NCBI GenBank assembly: GCA_963812155.1
Contig: CAWETW010000001.1
Span: 384,001 to 448,000 of the forward strand
Direction of reading: 5' to 3'
Source: Vulcanimicrobiota bacterium
GTDB taxonomy: Bacteria > Vulcanimicrobiota > Vulcanimicrobiia > Vulcanimicrobiales > Vulcanimicrobiaceae
DNA: 64,000 bases
Positions 50,009 to 58,882 of the stretch are shown here, piece by piece. Position 1 is the first letter of the stretch; every line of letters starts with the position of its first letter. Made by a program: the position numbers and the translations under genes. Under the pieces are notes generated by a model. It worked only from the letters and a program-made list of their open reading frames with translations, was not told where the DNA came from and made no database searches.

Positions 50009-51736
50009 ATGTCCGACTCGAAGGTCAAAACTCCGCTCCCCGAGCTGCGCCATACGGCCGCTCACGTGCTTGCCTACGCCGTCCAGGATCTCTTTCCCGA
50101 GGCCAAGCCGACGATCGGGCCGGCCATCGAGAACGGCTTCTACTACGATTTCGACCGGGCCGACCCGTTCACGCCGGACGATCTGTCGCGTCTCGAGGCC
50201 CGGATGGCCGAGATCGTGGCAGCCGATTACCCCATGACCGGCCAGGCGGTCAGCCGCGACGATGCGCTCAGCATTTTCAGGGACAACCCCTATAAGGTAG
50301 AGATTGCCAGCGAAATCCCGGAGGGGGAGCCGATCACGCTCTATACCATCGGCGCTTTTACCGACCTCTGCCGCGGCGGGCACGCCGACTCGACCGGCGA
50401 GATCGGTGCGCTCAAACTCACTAGCGTTGCCGGCGCCTATTGGCGCGGCGACGAGCGGCGCCCTATGCTCCAGCGCATCTACGGGACGGCGTGGTACGAG
50501 CGCGCCGATCTCGACGCCTACCTTTCGCAGCTCGAAGAGGCGCTCAAGCGCGACCATCGCAAACTCGGCGCCGAGCTCGATCTCTATTCCGTCGAGGAAG
50601 ACGCCGGCGCCGGTCTGATTTTCTGGCATCCGAAGGGCGCGATCGTGCGCGGGCTCGTCGAGGATTTCATTCGCCAAGGTTTGCGCGATCGCGGCTATCA
50701 ACCGGTCGTAACGCCCCACGTCGTCAGCGAGCGGCTGTACGAAATCTCCGGGCATCTCGAAAACTTCGGTCAGAACATGTTCGGACCGCTCGAGGTCGAG
50801 GAGCAGCGCTTCCGGCTCAAACCGATGAACTGCCCCGGACACATTCTCATCTATCGCGATCGCGCGCGCAGCTACCGCGAACTGCCGGTGCGCTACAGCG
50901 AGTTCGGCACCGTCTATCGCTACGAACGCTCCGGCGTCGTGCACGGGTTGACGCGCGTGCGCGGATTCACGCAAGACGACGCACACATCTTCTGCACCGC
51001 CGATCAACTGCAGGGCGAGTTCGAACAGACGCTCGACGAAGCGATCCGGCTGATGAACGCGTTCGGCTTCGCGGAGTTCGAGTACGTTCTCTCGACGCGC
51101 GAAGCGCATCTGCGCGGCGAAACCGATCCGGTCGCCGAGGAAGCGATTGGCAAGGCGCTGGCGCGTTTCGAGTTGCCGCACGAGGTGGATCCGGGCGGCG
51201 GCGCGTTTTACGGTCCGAAACTCGACATCAACGTGCGCGACGCCCTCGGGCATACATGGCAGCTCGGTACCGTGCAGGTCGACTTCCTTCTGCCGGTGCG
51301 CTTCGATCTGAAGTATCGCGGCAGCGACGGCCACGACCACACTCCGGTGATGATTCATCGCGCGCTGGCGGGCTCGCTCGAACGCTTTTTCGGAATTCTC
51401 GTCGAGCACTATGGCGGCGCGTTTCCCGCTTGGCTGGCACCAGTGCAAGCGGTCGTCGTACCGATTTCCGAGCATCAACACGAGTACGCGCGCGAGGTGG
51501 GCGCGCGGCTGCGCGGCTTGGGCCACCGCATCGACGTCGACGAAAGCAACGAGAAGCTCGGTTACAAAATACGCCACTGGAAAACGCAGAAAATTCCCTA
51601 CATTCTCGTCGCCGGCAAACAAGAGGCGGCCGAGGGTACGGTGAACGTCAACGAGCGTGGAGTCGAAGCAAAGCGGACGCTCGACGTTGACTCGTTTGCC
51701 GAGGAACTCAACGCGCGTGTCGAGTCGAAAACCTAA
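50009..51736 (+). CDS. thrS: Threonine--tRNA ligase (short form lacking the N-terminal TGS domain)
   Basis: RHTAAHVLA, GFYYDF, DLCRGGH, RDHRKLG, KPMNCPGH, RGFTQDDAH, FYGPKLD, HRA. Confidence 0.97.
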   Translation: MSDSKVKTPLPELRHTAAHVLAYAVQDLFPEAKPTIGPAIENGFYYDFDRADPFTPDDLSRLEARMAEIVAADYPMTGQAVSRDDALSIFRDNPYKVEIASEIPEGEPITLYTIGAFTDLCRGGHADSTGEIGALKLTSVAGAYWRGDERRPMLQRIYGTAWYERADLDAYLSQLEEALKRDHRKLGAELDLYSVEEDAGAGLIFWHPKGAIVRGLVEDFIRQGLRDRGYQPVVTPHVVSERLYEISGHLENFGQNMFGPLEVEEQRFRLKPMNCPGHILIYRDRARSYRELPVRYSEFGTVYRYERSGVVHGLTRVRGFTQDDAHIFCTADQLQGEFEQTLDEAIRLMNAFGFAEFEYVLSTREAHLRGETDPVAEEAIGKALARFELPHEVDPGGGAFYGPKLDINVRDALGHTWQLGTVQVDFLLPVRFDLKYRGSDGHDHTPVMIHRALAGSLERFFGILVEHYGGAFPAWLAPVQAVVVPISEHQHEYAREVGARLRGLGHRIDVDESNEKLGYKIRHWKTQKIPYILVAGKQEAAEGTVNVNERGVEAKRTLDVDSFAEELNARVESKT

Positions 51737-51737
51737 G

Positions 51738-52641
51738 ATGCGGATGAAGTTCGACGTACGAATCGCGTTCGCAACGGTTGCGCTGCTTCTCGGCGCGTGC
51801 CAGGGCGGGCTCGATAGCGGCGGCGGCATGCCCGGCATGATGGGGCCGCCGGTCCAACAGCCGGGGCCAATGGGCTCGGGCGAAATGCAAGGGCCGACGA
51901 TCGGTGCCAACGGTCAGCCCGAACTGACGTCGCCCGGAGCGACGCTTGCGCCCAATCAGTCGCAGTTTGCTGTCGGTGACGGTCCCAACGGCGTAAAGTG
52001 CCCGCTCTTCCAGCAGTACACGTGCACGCTGAGCTTCAACATACCGACGCCGGCGCCGCCGTCGTCGCCCGGCGCAAACACCGAGACCGACGCCGACGCC
52101 GACGCCCACCCCGGCAGCTACCGCATCGAGCGGCGCCGACGACAGCGACGACTCGGACTCGCCGAACGCACCGCCGACGCCGCCCGGCACGATCACGCTG
52201 CAAATGGAACCGCTGCCGAAGGACATTCCGTCGATGACGAACCCCGATCCGCGGCTGCTGCGCATCACGCCGATGGTTGCGATTCGCCTGCAAAGCGACA
52301 CGGATTTCGCCCTCAACGGTACCGCTGCCGTACAATATACGATTCCGAAGACGCAAGTGTCGACGCGTTCCTTCGCGATTCAGCTGTACAACGAAACCGC
52401 CGTACGAGGAAAACGTACCGACCAGTATCTCGCAACTTACACGAAATACTCGGCCACCGACACGACCGTTTCGTTCAACTTTGCCACGCCGCGCGTGACG
52501 GTCAAGCGCGGACAAATATGGCTGCTGGCGCTCTACGGCTACCAGTATCCACCCGGCTCGACGCCGACCCCCTCGCCGTCGCCCGCGTCGTCGGGCTCGC
52601 CGCCACCGTCGCCCAACCCATCGCCGACCCCATCATCGTAG
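51738..52641 (+). CDS. Pro/Thr-rich lipoprotein of unknown function; apparent +1 frameshift near 52080
   Basis: LLGAC lipobox; shifted frame gives a PTPTPTP linker running into ORF 52204-52641. Confidence 0.65.
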
Positions 52642-52646
52642 CACCG

Positions 52647-53096
52647 TCACGGTCTGCGCATCTCCGAACGCGCGCGCAACGCGTCGATTTCGGCGATATC
52701 TTCTTCCTCAACTCGGCGTTGCGCAGCGGTGCACTTTGCCAGATGACGATCGCGCAGCGTTTCGATCGCGCGCCGGTCGCGGGTTGCTTCGACGGCGTCG
52801 CGGCAGGCACGCTCCAAAGGCGCCTGAATGCCGGCGGCTTCGGCGACATGCCGATCGGCGCAGTCGCGCAGCACCGCTAACTGAAACTCACACGCTTGCG
52901 CCTCCGCGATTTTCAGCATTGCGGCGGCGTGTAATGTTTGCAAACATTCTACGGCCGCTCCGTGACAGCGTTCTATGGCACGGTTGTGAGCGCTTTCCAT
53001 GCGGCGGAGTGCGGCCACCACGCGCCCTGCCTCTTCTTCGGCGTGCCTCCGGTAGTCCAGGACCGCCTGCAGGGCGAACCGCCGATTTCTCCGCAT
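52647..53096 (-). CDS. FliJ-like coiled-coil protein, degenerate and without flagellar neighbours
   Basis: ~149 aa; F.LQAVLDYR..AEEEA start and A.RDRRAIETLRDR...EE..IAE.D end resemble FliJ. Confidence 0.5.
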   Translation of the reverse strand: MRRNRRFALQAVLDYRRHAEEEAGRVVAALRRMESAHNRAIERCHGAAVECLQTLHAAAMLKIAEAQACEFQLAVLRDCADRHVAEAAGIQAPLERACRDAVEATRDRRAIETLRDRHLAKCTAAQRRVEEEDIAEIDALRARSEMRRP

Positions 53097-53145
53097 TCTA
53101 TTCTTCGTCCGCGAGTCCAATCACGACGATGTGAGGCAAACGCAA

Positions 53146-53499
53146 ATGAGTGCAACCGCGCGACTGGCGAGCATTCTCGGACTTGCAATGGTGGCCGCGT
53201 GCGGAACGCCGCGAGCGCCGTCGAGTCTTCCGCGCACATCTTCCGTTCGCACGACGAGCAACGGCGGGGATCCGCAGTGCAACGACGGCGGCGGCTGCGG
53301 TACCGTCTTCAAACTCAGTGCAAACGGCGGCAAATGGACGGAGCACATCCTCCACGTCTTCGAAGACGACCCGACTGACGGGGGCATGCCGGGAAGCGCG
53401 CTTCTCCTCGAACCGTCGGGCGATCTGTTCGGCACGACGGAGTTCGGCGGCCCCGGACCGGGCATCGGTGAAGGCAGCGTCTTCGAAATTCGTCGCTAA
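53146..53499 (+). pseudogene. Internally deleted YGTT-repeat (GloVer-type) lipoprotein
   Basis: VAAC lipobox joined directly to ~1.5 repeats (CGTVFKL..EHILHVF..DG..P..LFGTTEFGG..GSVFEI). Confidence 0.55.
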
Positions 53500-53527
53500 C
53501 GCTTCGTCGGTCCGCTGTTTCTTGGGC

Positions 53528-54715
53528 TCAGGATGTCATGGAGATGAGTTGGGTGCGTTCGCGACCCACGGAGACCATTTCGATGGGCGTCGCAAGCAAC
53601 TCTTCGACGCGGGCAACGTAGCGGCGAGCGGCGGCCGGTAAATCTTCGATCCGCCGGCAATCGTGGAGCGGCTCGCTCCAGCCGGGTAACTCTTCCACGT
53701 CGAGTTCCAAGTTGGCATCGTCTGCGCCGATGGCGCTGAAACCGGCCGGCTTGCCGTTGCGGCGGTATCCGGTGACGATACCCAGCGTATCGAAGCCGGT
53801 CAGCACGTCGAGCTTCGTCATCACGGCGACCGTGAGCCCATTGATTGCCACCGCGTAGCGCCCCGCGACGGCGTCGAACCAGCCGCAGCGACGCGGCCGT
53901 CCGGTGACGGTACCAAACTCACGGCCCTGTCGTCGAAGCCGCTCGCCTCGCTCGTCGTGTAGCTCCGACGGAAACGGACCGCCGCCGACGCGCGTGCAGT
54001 ACGCTTTCACGACCCCGGTCACGCGACCGATCGACGTCGGACCGATCCCCAGGCCGATGCACGCGCTTCCGGCGATCGTGTGCGAACTCGTGACGTAGGG
54101 ATACGTGCCGTATCCGACGTCGAGCAGCGAGCCTTGCGCGCCTTCGAGCAGCACGCGTTTACCGCCGGCCAGCTTTTGGTGGATGTAGGTGACGCCGTCA
54201 ACGACGTGCGGCGCGAGCCGTCGTGCGGTCTCGTCGCCGCCTTCGCGCGCGTAGTCGCCGAACAGCAGCCCGGTGCGAGCCACTTTATCGACGTAGGCAG
54301 GCCCGATTCCGCGTCCCGTCGTCCCAATCGCCCCGGTTCCACGCGCCTCCTCCGCAGCCCGATCGGCAGCAGCGTGGCGCGGCAGCACGACGTGCGCGCG
54401 ATCTGAAATCTTTATCCGCGACGTGTCGACGCCGAGCGCCGCAAGTTTCTCGATTTCGGCGAGCAGCGTCGCCGGATTGACGACCGTGCCGCCCCCGACG
54501 AACAATTCCGCGTGAGGATTGAGCGCGCCCGACGGAACGATTCGCAGCGCGAGTTCGGTCTCACCCACGACGATCGAGTGGCCGGCGTTGTCGCCGCCGC
54601 CGAAACGAGCCACGACGTCGTACTCGAGGGCGTAAAGGTCGACGATCCGCCCTTTGCCCTCGTCACCCCATTGTATTCCAACGATGACATCGGCTTTGGA
54701 GCCGGAATTACTCAG
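53528..54715 (-). CDS. purA: Adenylosuccinate synthetase; probable CTG start
   Basis: VIVGIQWGDEGKG, GGDNAGH, IGTTGRGIGPAY, EGAQG, GTYPYVTSS, TVTGRPRRCGWFD, TKLDVL. Confidence 0.95.
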   Translation of the reverse strand: MSNSGSKADVIVGIQWGDEGKGRIVDLYALEYDVVARFGGGDNAGHSIVVGETELALRIVPSGALNPHAELFVGGGTVVNPATLLAEIEKLAALGVDTSRIKISDRAHVVLPRHAAADRAAEEARGTGAIGTTGRGIGPAYVDKVARTGLLFGDYAREGGDETARRLAPHVVDGVTYIHQKLAGGKRVLLEGAQGSLLDVGYGTYPYVTSSHTIAGSACIGLGIGPTSIGRVTGVVKAYCTRVGGGPFPSELHDERGERLRRQGREFGTVTGRPRRCGWFDAVAGRYAVAINGLTVAVMTKLDVLTGFDTLGIVTGYRRNGKPAGFSAIGADDANLELDVEELPGWSEPLHDCRRIEDLPAAARRYVARVEELLATPIEMVSVGRERTQLISMTS

Positions 54716-56027
54716 AACGGAACTCCAAGTCGCCGGTATCGCCCATCGGAATTTGGGCGACGCCTTGGAACTGCGTCATGACGAACTCCGAAAACAGTGC
54801 GTTGGGCCAGCCGAAATCTTGGCGCGTAAACTGGTGCGGGTCGTTTGGATTGAACGATTCGTGCAGCAGATGGTCGCCGGGATCGCTGGCCAGCAACTGC
54901 GTGAGCACATCTTGCTTCTCGGCGGCCGTCGTCGCCGTCATGCCTTGCACGATCAGCGCCAGCGGCCAGACCCAATGGTCGGGCGTGTGATAGCTGCCGA
55001 TGCCGCGCGCGCGCTGACCCTGGTAGAACGACGGGTTGTCTTGCGAGAGCAGAAAGCGCCGCGTGTTGTCGTAATACTTGTCGCCGGCCAGCGTGTAGCC
55101 GATGTACGGGGCCGAGAGCAAGCTCGGAATGTTGGCATCGTCGGTGAGGATGGCGTGCCCGAGACCGTCGACCTCGTATGCGTAGACGTATCCGTATTTC
55201 GGGACGAGCACCAAACCGTAGGTTTGGATTCCGCGCTGAACCTCGTCGCGCAATGCCTTCGCTTCGCGCGCTTTGACCACGTTGTGATAGACGTCGCGCT
55301 CGATTTCCGACATATCGCCGAGCGCGACGACCGCAAACATCTCGGACGGTATGAGGAAGTTGTAGTAGCAGGCGTCGTCGGACGGACGGAAGCCGGTCCA
55401 AATCATTCCGGTATAGCCCACCGGGCGACCCTTGCCGTCGTTCGCGAGCTCCTTATGCGTGTAACTGGAATTGCGTGGATGATCTTGCTCGCGCTGCATC
55501 GTGGCCAGCACGGAGTCGAGCATTTTTGAAAAATCGGGCGTAAAGATCGACGAATCGTGGGTGGTTTTCCAGTAACTCCATGCGAGCGTCGTCGGATAGG
55601 CCAGCGAATCGAGCTCGAACTTCTGCTCCCAGACGCGGTAGTCGAGCGTGTAGGCGTTGGCGTAGGGATCGATCTGAACGTATTTTGTCATGCGCGCGAC
55701 GATGGCTTGCAGCAGACGGCGCACGTCGGAATCGTCCTTGGCGAAATAGAGATACGGCCGCGATTGCGCCGACGCGTCGCGCAGCCACTCGGCCGGAATG
55801 TCGCCGGTCTTCACGTAGGCCGTTCCGTCCGGCGCGTACTCGGCGAGTTTCCCCGTGTCGAGCAGCGCCGACCGGAACATATCTTGCAACTGTTCGTTCG
55901 AATTGCGATAATCGGCCGCCGCCTGCTCGATCGAATGCAGCTCCAGTGCCGGAGCCCGCAATGGAAGCGCGGCGAACAGCATCGCGACCAGCGCCGCAAT
56001 CGAAATACAACGGTGCCGCAAGTTCAT
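54708..56027 (-). CDS. Secreted glycoside hydrolase family 125 (exo-alpha-1,6-mannosidase-like)
   Basis: TGDIPAEWLRDA, DPYANAY, WEQKFELDSL, FRPSDD, DDANIPSLL, HESF, WPNALF. Confidence 0.88.
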   Translation of the reverse strand: MNLRHRCISIAALVAMLFAALPLRAPALELHSIEQAAADYRNSNEQLQDMFRSALLDTGKLAEYAPDGTAYVKTGDIPAEWLRDASAQSRPYLYFAKDDSDVRRLLQAIVARMTKYVQIDPYANAYTLDYRVWEQKFELDSLAYPTTLAWSYWKTTHDSSIFTPDFSKMLDSVLATMQREQDHPRNSSYTHKELANDGKGRPVGYTGMIWTGFRPSDDACYYNFLIPSEMFAVVALGDMSEIERDVYHNVVKAREAKALRDEVQRGIQTYGLVLVPKYGYVYAYEVDGLGHAILTDDANIPSLLSAPYIGYTLAGDKYYDNTRRFLLSQDNPSFYQGQRARGIGSYHTPDHWVWPLALIVQGMTATTAAEKQDVLTQLLASDPGDHLLHESFNPNDPHQFTRQDFGWPNALFSEFVMTQFQGVAQIPMGDTGDLEFRSE

Positions 56028-56536
56028 CGCGGCCACGTTTCGTGGCCGTAGAGCGCGGGCAGTTCGCGGTAGCGTCCACCGTATCCCAAACCGTATCCGA
56101 CGACGTAGACGTCCGGCGCCTCGAAACCTCGATAGCGCAGTTCGACGTGCGCGATCCGGCGGTGCGGACGGTCGAGCAGCGCGCAGACCGCCAGCGACGC
56201 GGGGCGGCGCTCGAGCAGCCGCTTGACGACGAACCGCAACGTCAGCCCGGTGTCGATCGTATCGTCGACGACGATCACGTCGCGACCCTCAACGGAAATG
56301 ACGGCGTCCTTGGCAAGTTCAATGCCTGGGCCGTCGCCATAGCGATTGACGGCAATCGTGTCGAGCTGGCATGGAATGGAGACGGCTTTCGCCAGATCCG
56401 TGAAAAACGGCGCGGGCGGCCGGGCGACGCCCAGCAGCAGCGGAATGCGACCCGCGTAGTCCTCTGAGATCGCGGCGCCGAGTTCGAGGACCCGCGCCGC
56501 TATGGCATTCGCGTCGAAGAGCGGTTCGCCGATCAT
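56024..56536 (-). CDS. hpt: Hypoxanthine phosphoribosyltransferase-like protein (divergent)
   Basis: IVVDDTIDTGLTL PRPP motif, LLDRP, VVGYGL...YRELP. Confidence 0.8.
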   Translation of the reverse strand: MIGEPLFDANAIAARVLELGAAISEDYAGRIPLLLGVARPPAPFFTDLAKAVSIPCQLDTIAVNRYGDGPGIELAKDAVISVEGRDVIVVDDTIDTGLTLRFVVKRLLERRPASLAVCALLDRPHRRIAHVELRYRGFEAPDVYVVGYGLGYGGRYRELPALYGHETWPR

Positions 56537-56922
56537 CCGGCCGCCGCCCGCGGACGCGCGAGCACGCGTTCGACGTCGCGCCGCGTAAAGAGCTTGACGT
56601 TGACGTGCGGATAGTTCGAGCGCAGTAAGCGCATCTTCCGGTTCTTTCGCGAGTTTCGAATCGGTTTTGCGACGGTGACTTCAATATAGAGATCGTACTC
56701 CGGAAGATAAAAATCCGGTGTGAAGAACTCGACGGGCTCGCCGCGGCCGTTCCAGCAAATCGGAAACGTACGGGGTTCATACTGCCACGGAATTCGGTAG
56801 AAGTCGAATACTCGTGCGAACTCCGCTTCGCTCGCGTGCGCGAATGGGCCCCGTGACGTAGCCACGGGCTGATACCTACGACGTGAGGCGCCCCCCCTCC
56901 CGCCGCCTTCCCGTTGCGGCAT
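56533..56922 (-). CDS. Small PD-(D/E)XK nuclease-fold protein (putative)
   Basis: SEAEFA..WQYEP..FTPDFYLPEYDLYIEVT; stop overlaps the hpt start. Confidence 0.65.
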   Translation of the reverse strand: MPQREGGGRGGASRRRYQPVATSRGPFAHASEAEFARVFDFYRIPWQYEPRTFPICWNGRGEPVEFFTPDFYLPEYDLYIEVTVAKPIRNSRKNRKMRLLRSNYPHVNVKLFTRRDVERVLARPRAAAG

Positions 56923-56994
56923 CCGGGGGCTTCGTTGCCGAAAGCAGGCGGCGCGCAGGGCCACGCGCACCGCCGCTTCCTTCAACCCTTAAGG

Positions 56995-57672
56995 CTACGC
57001 GTTGAGCGAACGCTGCCCGACGACGCGGCCGGCCGGCTTCGTGGTATCGGCGCCGTTGCCCCAAATGCCGTTGTAACTGTTATTGTCGCCGTTGAACCAG
57101 AACGAGTACCAGCCTTTTCCGGTCGGCCCGGTCCAGTTTGCACGCACCTTGTCCTTCGTCCGGAACTTCCCGTTGATGATGTATGGCCCGACGTGGCAGA
57201 CGACGGTCGGGCCGGATTGCGTGCACTTCATCGTGCCAGCGAATCCGCCCTCACCGCCGGCACCCTTGACGTTCCACGTGCCCGCGGCGCTGATCGGCGA
57301 CGGCGGCAGGAATTTATTGCCGACGAAGGAGCCGTTGGCCGGGCGTCCGTTGTAGCCCCACGTGCCGTTGAAACTGTGACCGTTCGGACTGGCGTAAACG
57401 GTGAGCCACCCGGCGCCGGTCGGGCCGTGCCATTTGCCGTTGATCTGCGTGTCGTTGACGAACTCTCCGGTGAAGCCGGTGCCGTTCGAGGACGTGCCCA
57501 CGAGGCCCATGCCCGACTGCGTGAGCTTCACGGTGGCCGTCGTGTTGCCGTTGAGGCCGGTTTGCTCCACGTTCCACGTGCCGGACATGTTCGGCGACGC
57601 AGCCTGCGCGGCGAACCCGGACGATACGGCGATTGCGCAACCGGCCACCACCGCTAAAACGAGACGTTTCAT
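56995..57672 (-). CDS. Secreted protein with two tandem beta-barrel-like repeats
   Basis: GGAG SD, signal peptide; duplicated GTWNV...TQSG...W.GPTG.GW...NG.WG. Confidence 0.75.
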   Translation of the reverse strand: MKRLVLAVVAGCAIAVSSGFAAQAASPNMSGTWNVEQTGLNGNTTATVKLTQSGMGLVGTSSNGTGFTGEFVNDTQINGKWHGPTGAGWLTVYASPNGHSFNGTWGYNGRPANGSFVGNKFLPPSPISAAGTWNVKGAGGEGGFAGTMKCTQSGPTVVCHVGPYIINGKFRTKDKVRANWTGPTGKGWYSFWFNGDNNSYNGIWGNGADTTKPAGRVVGQRSLNA

Positions 57673-57719
57673 TGAAAACTCCTTCTGAACGAACATGCAA
57701 AGGTATGTCTAGTCACCGA

Positions 57720-58616
57720 CTAGAGCTGGAACGTATAGCCTAAGAGAGGGCCGTACATCGCTAGTTTCTGTACCGGCGAGTTCTGGGGAAACGTGTTGTA
57801 GTTGAGGGTGCGATAGGCTAGTACGATCGTTTGGCCGTGATCGAACATGTAGCCGGGTCCCCCCAGTACCTGCCACGTCTGATTGGTGGCGCCGACGCCG
57901 GCGTCTCCGTAATACGTGACGTAAAAATGATCGCCGAAAAACGCCTTGCCGCGTAACCCGAAGATCACGTCGTTGGTCACCGGATTTTCGACGACGGTTC
58001 CAGCGGGCTGCACGATGCCTTTTTTGCCGATGACGGCGTTGTAGTTCAACGTGAGATTGAGTGGGTACTGGCGCCATCCGGCAAAGATGTTGGCGTCGGC
58101 GTTATTGCCGTGCGCCACGGAGAAGCCCGCGGCGATTTCCCAGATTGAAGTGGCGAGCCGGCTATTCGTCGTCAACGTTATGGGAATCTTAACGTGTCCG
58201 AGCGGACCGCCGACCGTCGTCATCGCCGTCGCCGACGTGGAAACGTTCGCATAGATGTAGTCGCCGAACAGATCCAGCGCGCCTTTGCGCACCTCGAACG
58301 CGAACATCGCAGCGGAATTGATGCTCGAGATATAGTCGCTCGGGCCGACGGCGACCGAACTCTGGATAGGAACGCCGCCGTGCTGCGAAAGCGTCGGGAT
58401 CGAATATTGCACGTTTTGGCGCAGCGTGGGCAGCCAAACGTAGGGCGCCAGCGTGACGTGCAGTTGGCCGTCGTATTGGCGCTGCATGGGTGTCAGCGGA
58501 GTGCTCGGAGCAACGGTCGCGGCGGGGGCCGGCGTCTCCTGTGCCGGGGCGGGCGACGCCGTCGCGGCCGCGCATGCCAAAATACCCGCAGCCAGAAACG
58601 AAAATGAGCGCATCAT
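57720..58616 (-). CDS. Probable outer-membrane beta-barrel protein
   Basis: Signal peptide, APYVWLP, alternating aromatic strands, terminal GPLLGYTFQL. Confidence 0.7.
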   Translation of the reverse strand: MMRSFSFLAAGILACAAATASPAPAQETPAPAATVAPSTPLTPMQRQYDGQLHVTLAPYVWLPTLRQNVQYSIPTLSQHGGVPIQSSVAVGPSDYISSINSAAMFAFEVRKGALDLFGDYIYANVSTSATAMTTVGGPLGHVKIPITLTTNSRLATSIWEIAAGFSVAHGNNADANIFAGWRQYPLNLTLNYNAVIGKKGIVQPAGTVVENPVTNDVIFGLRGKAFFGDHFYVTYYGDAGVGATNQTWQVLGGPGYMFDHGQTIVLAYRTLNYNTFPQNSPVQKLAMYGPLLGYTFQL

Positions 58617-58699
58617 GGTGCGTTATGCTTCAATTCCCAGGCGGCAGTTCCCCGCTTGCGGAGCGTCCAAGCATTCAGACTTTTACGCTCTTGAGACTT

Positions 58700-58765
58700 T
58701 TACGTCATCAAGATGTTTTGCATCATGCCGGTGTCTTCGTGCGGCAAAGCGTGGCAGTCGAACGT
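58700..58765 (-). pseudogene. Relic 3' end of a multicopper oxidase gene
   Basis: Own translation TFDCHALPHEDTGMMQNILMT*, matching the HCH..HED.GMM motif; preceded by an in-frame TGA. Confidence 0.6.
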
Positions 58766-58882
58766 TCAGCGGGCCATTGCGCCCCGTGCGCTTCGGAAGA
58801 ATCTTGTTGACGCTACCAGTTGAAACGTGTTGTCGTGCTAGCGGAACGGTTGCATCACTCAGTCGGAATGTCCACGCCGTTC

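Noticed and set aside
50006..51910. Long antisense ORFs (634 aa opposite thrS; also 8894-10414 and 61219-63198)
   Set aside because: Shadow frames expected in GC-rich coding DNA, with no recognisable motifs
52080..52112. CCGACG short tandem repeat as a contingency locus
   Set aside because: Encodes a Pro-Thr linker; a 6-bp unit would not switch the reading frame
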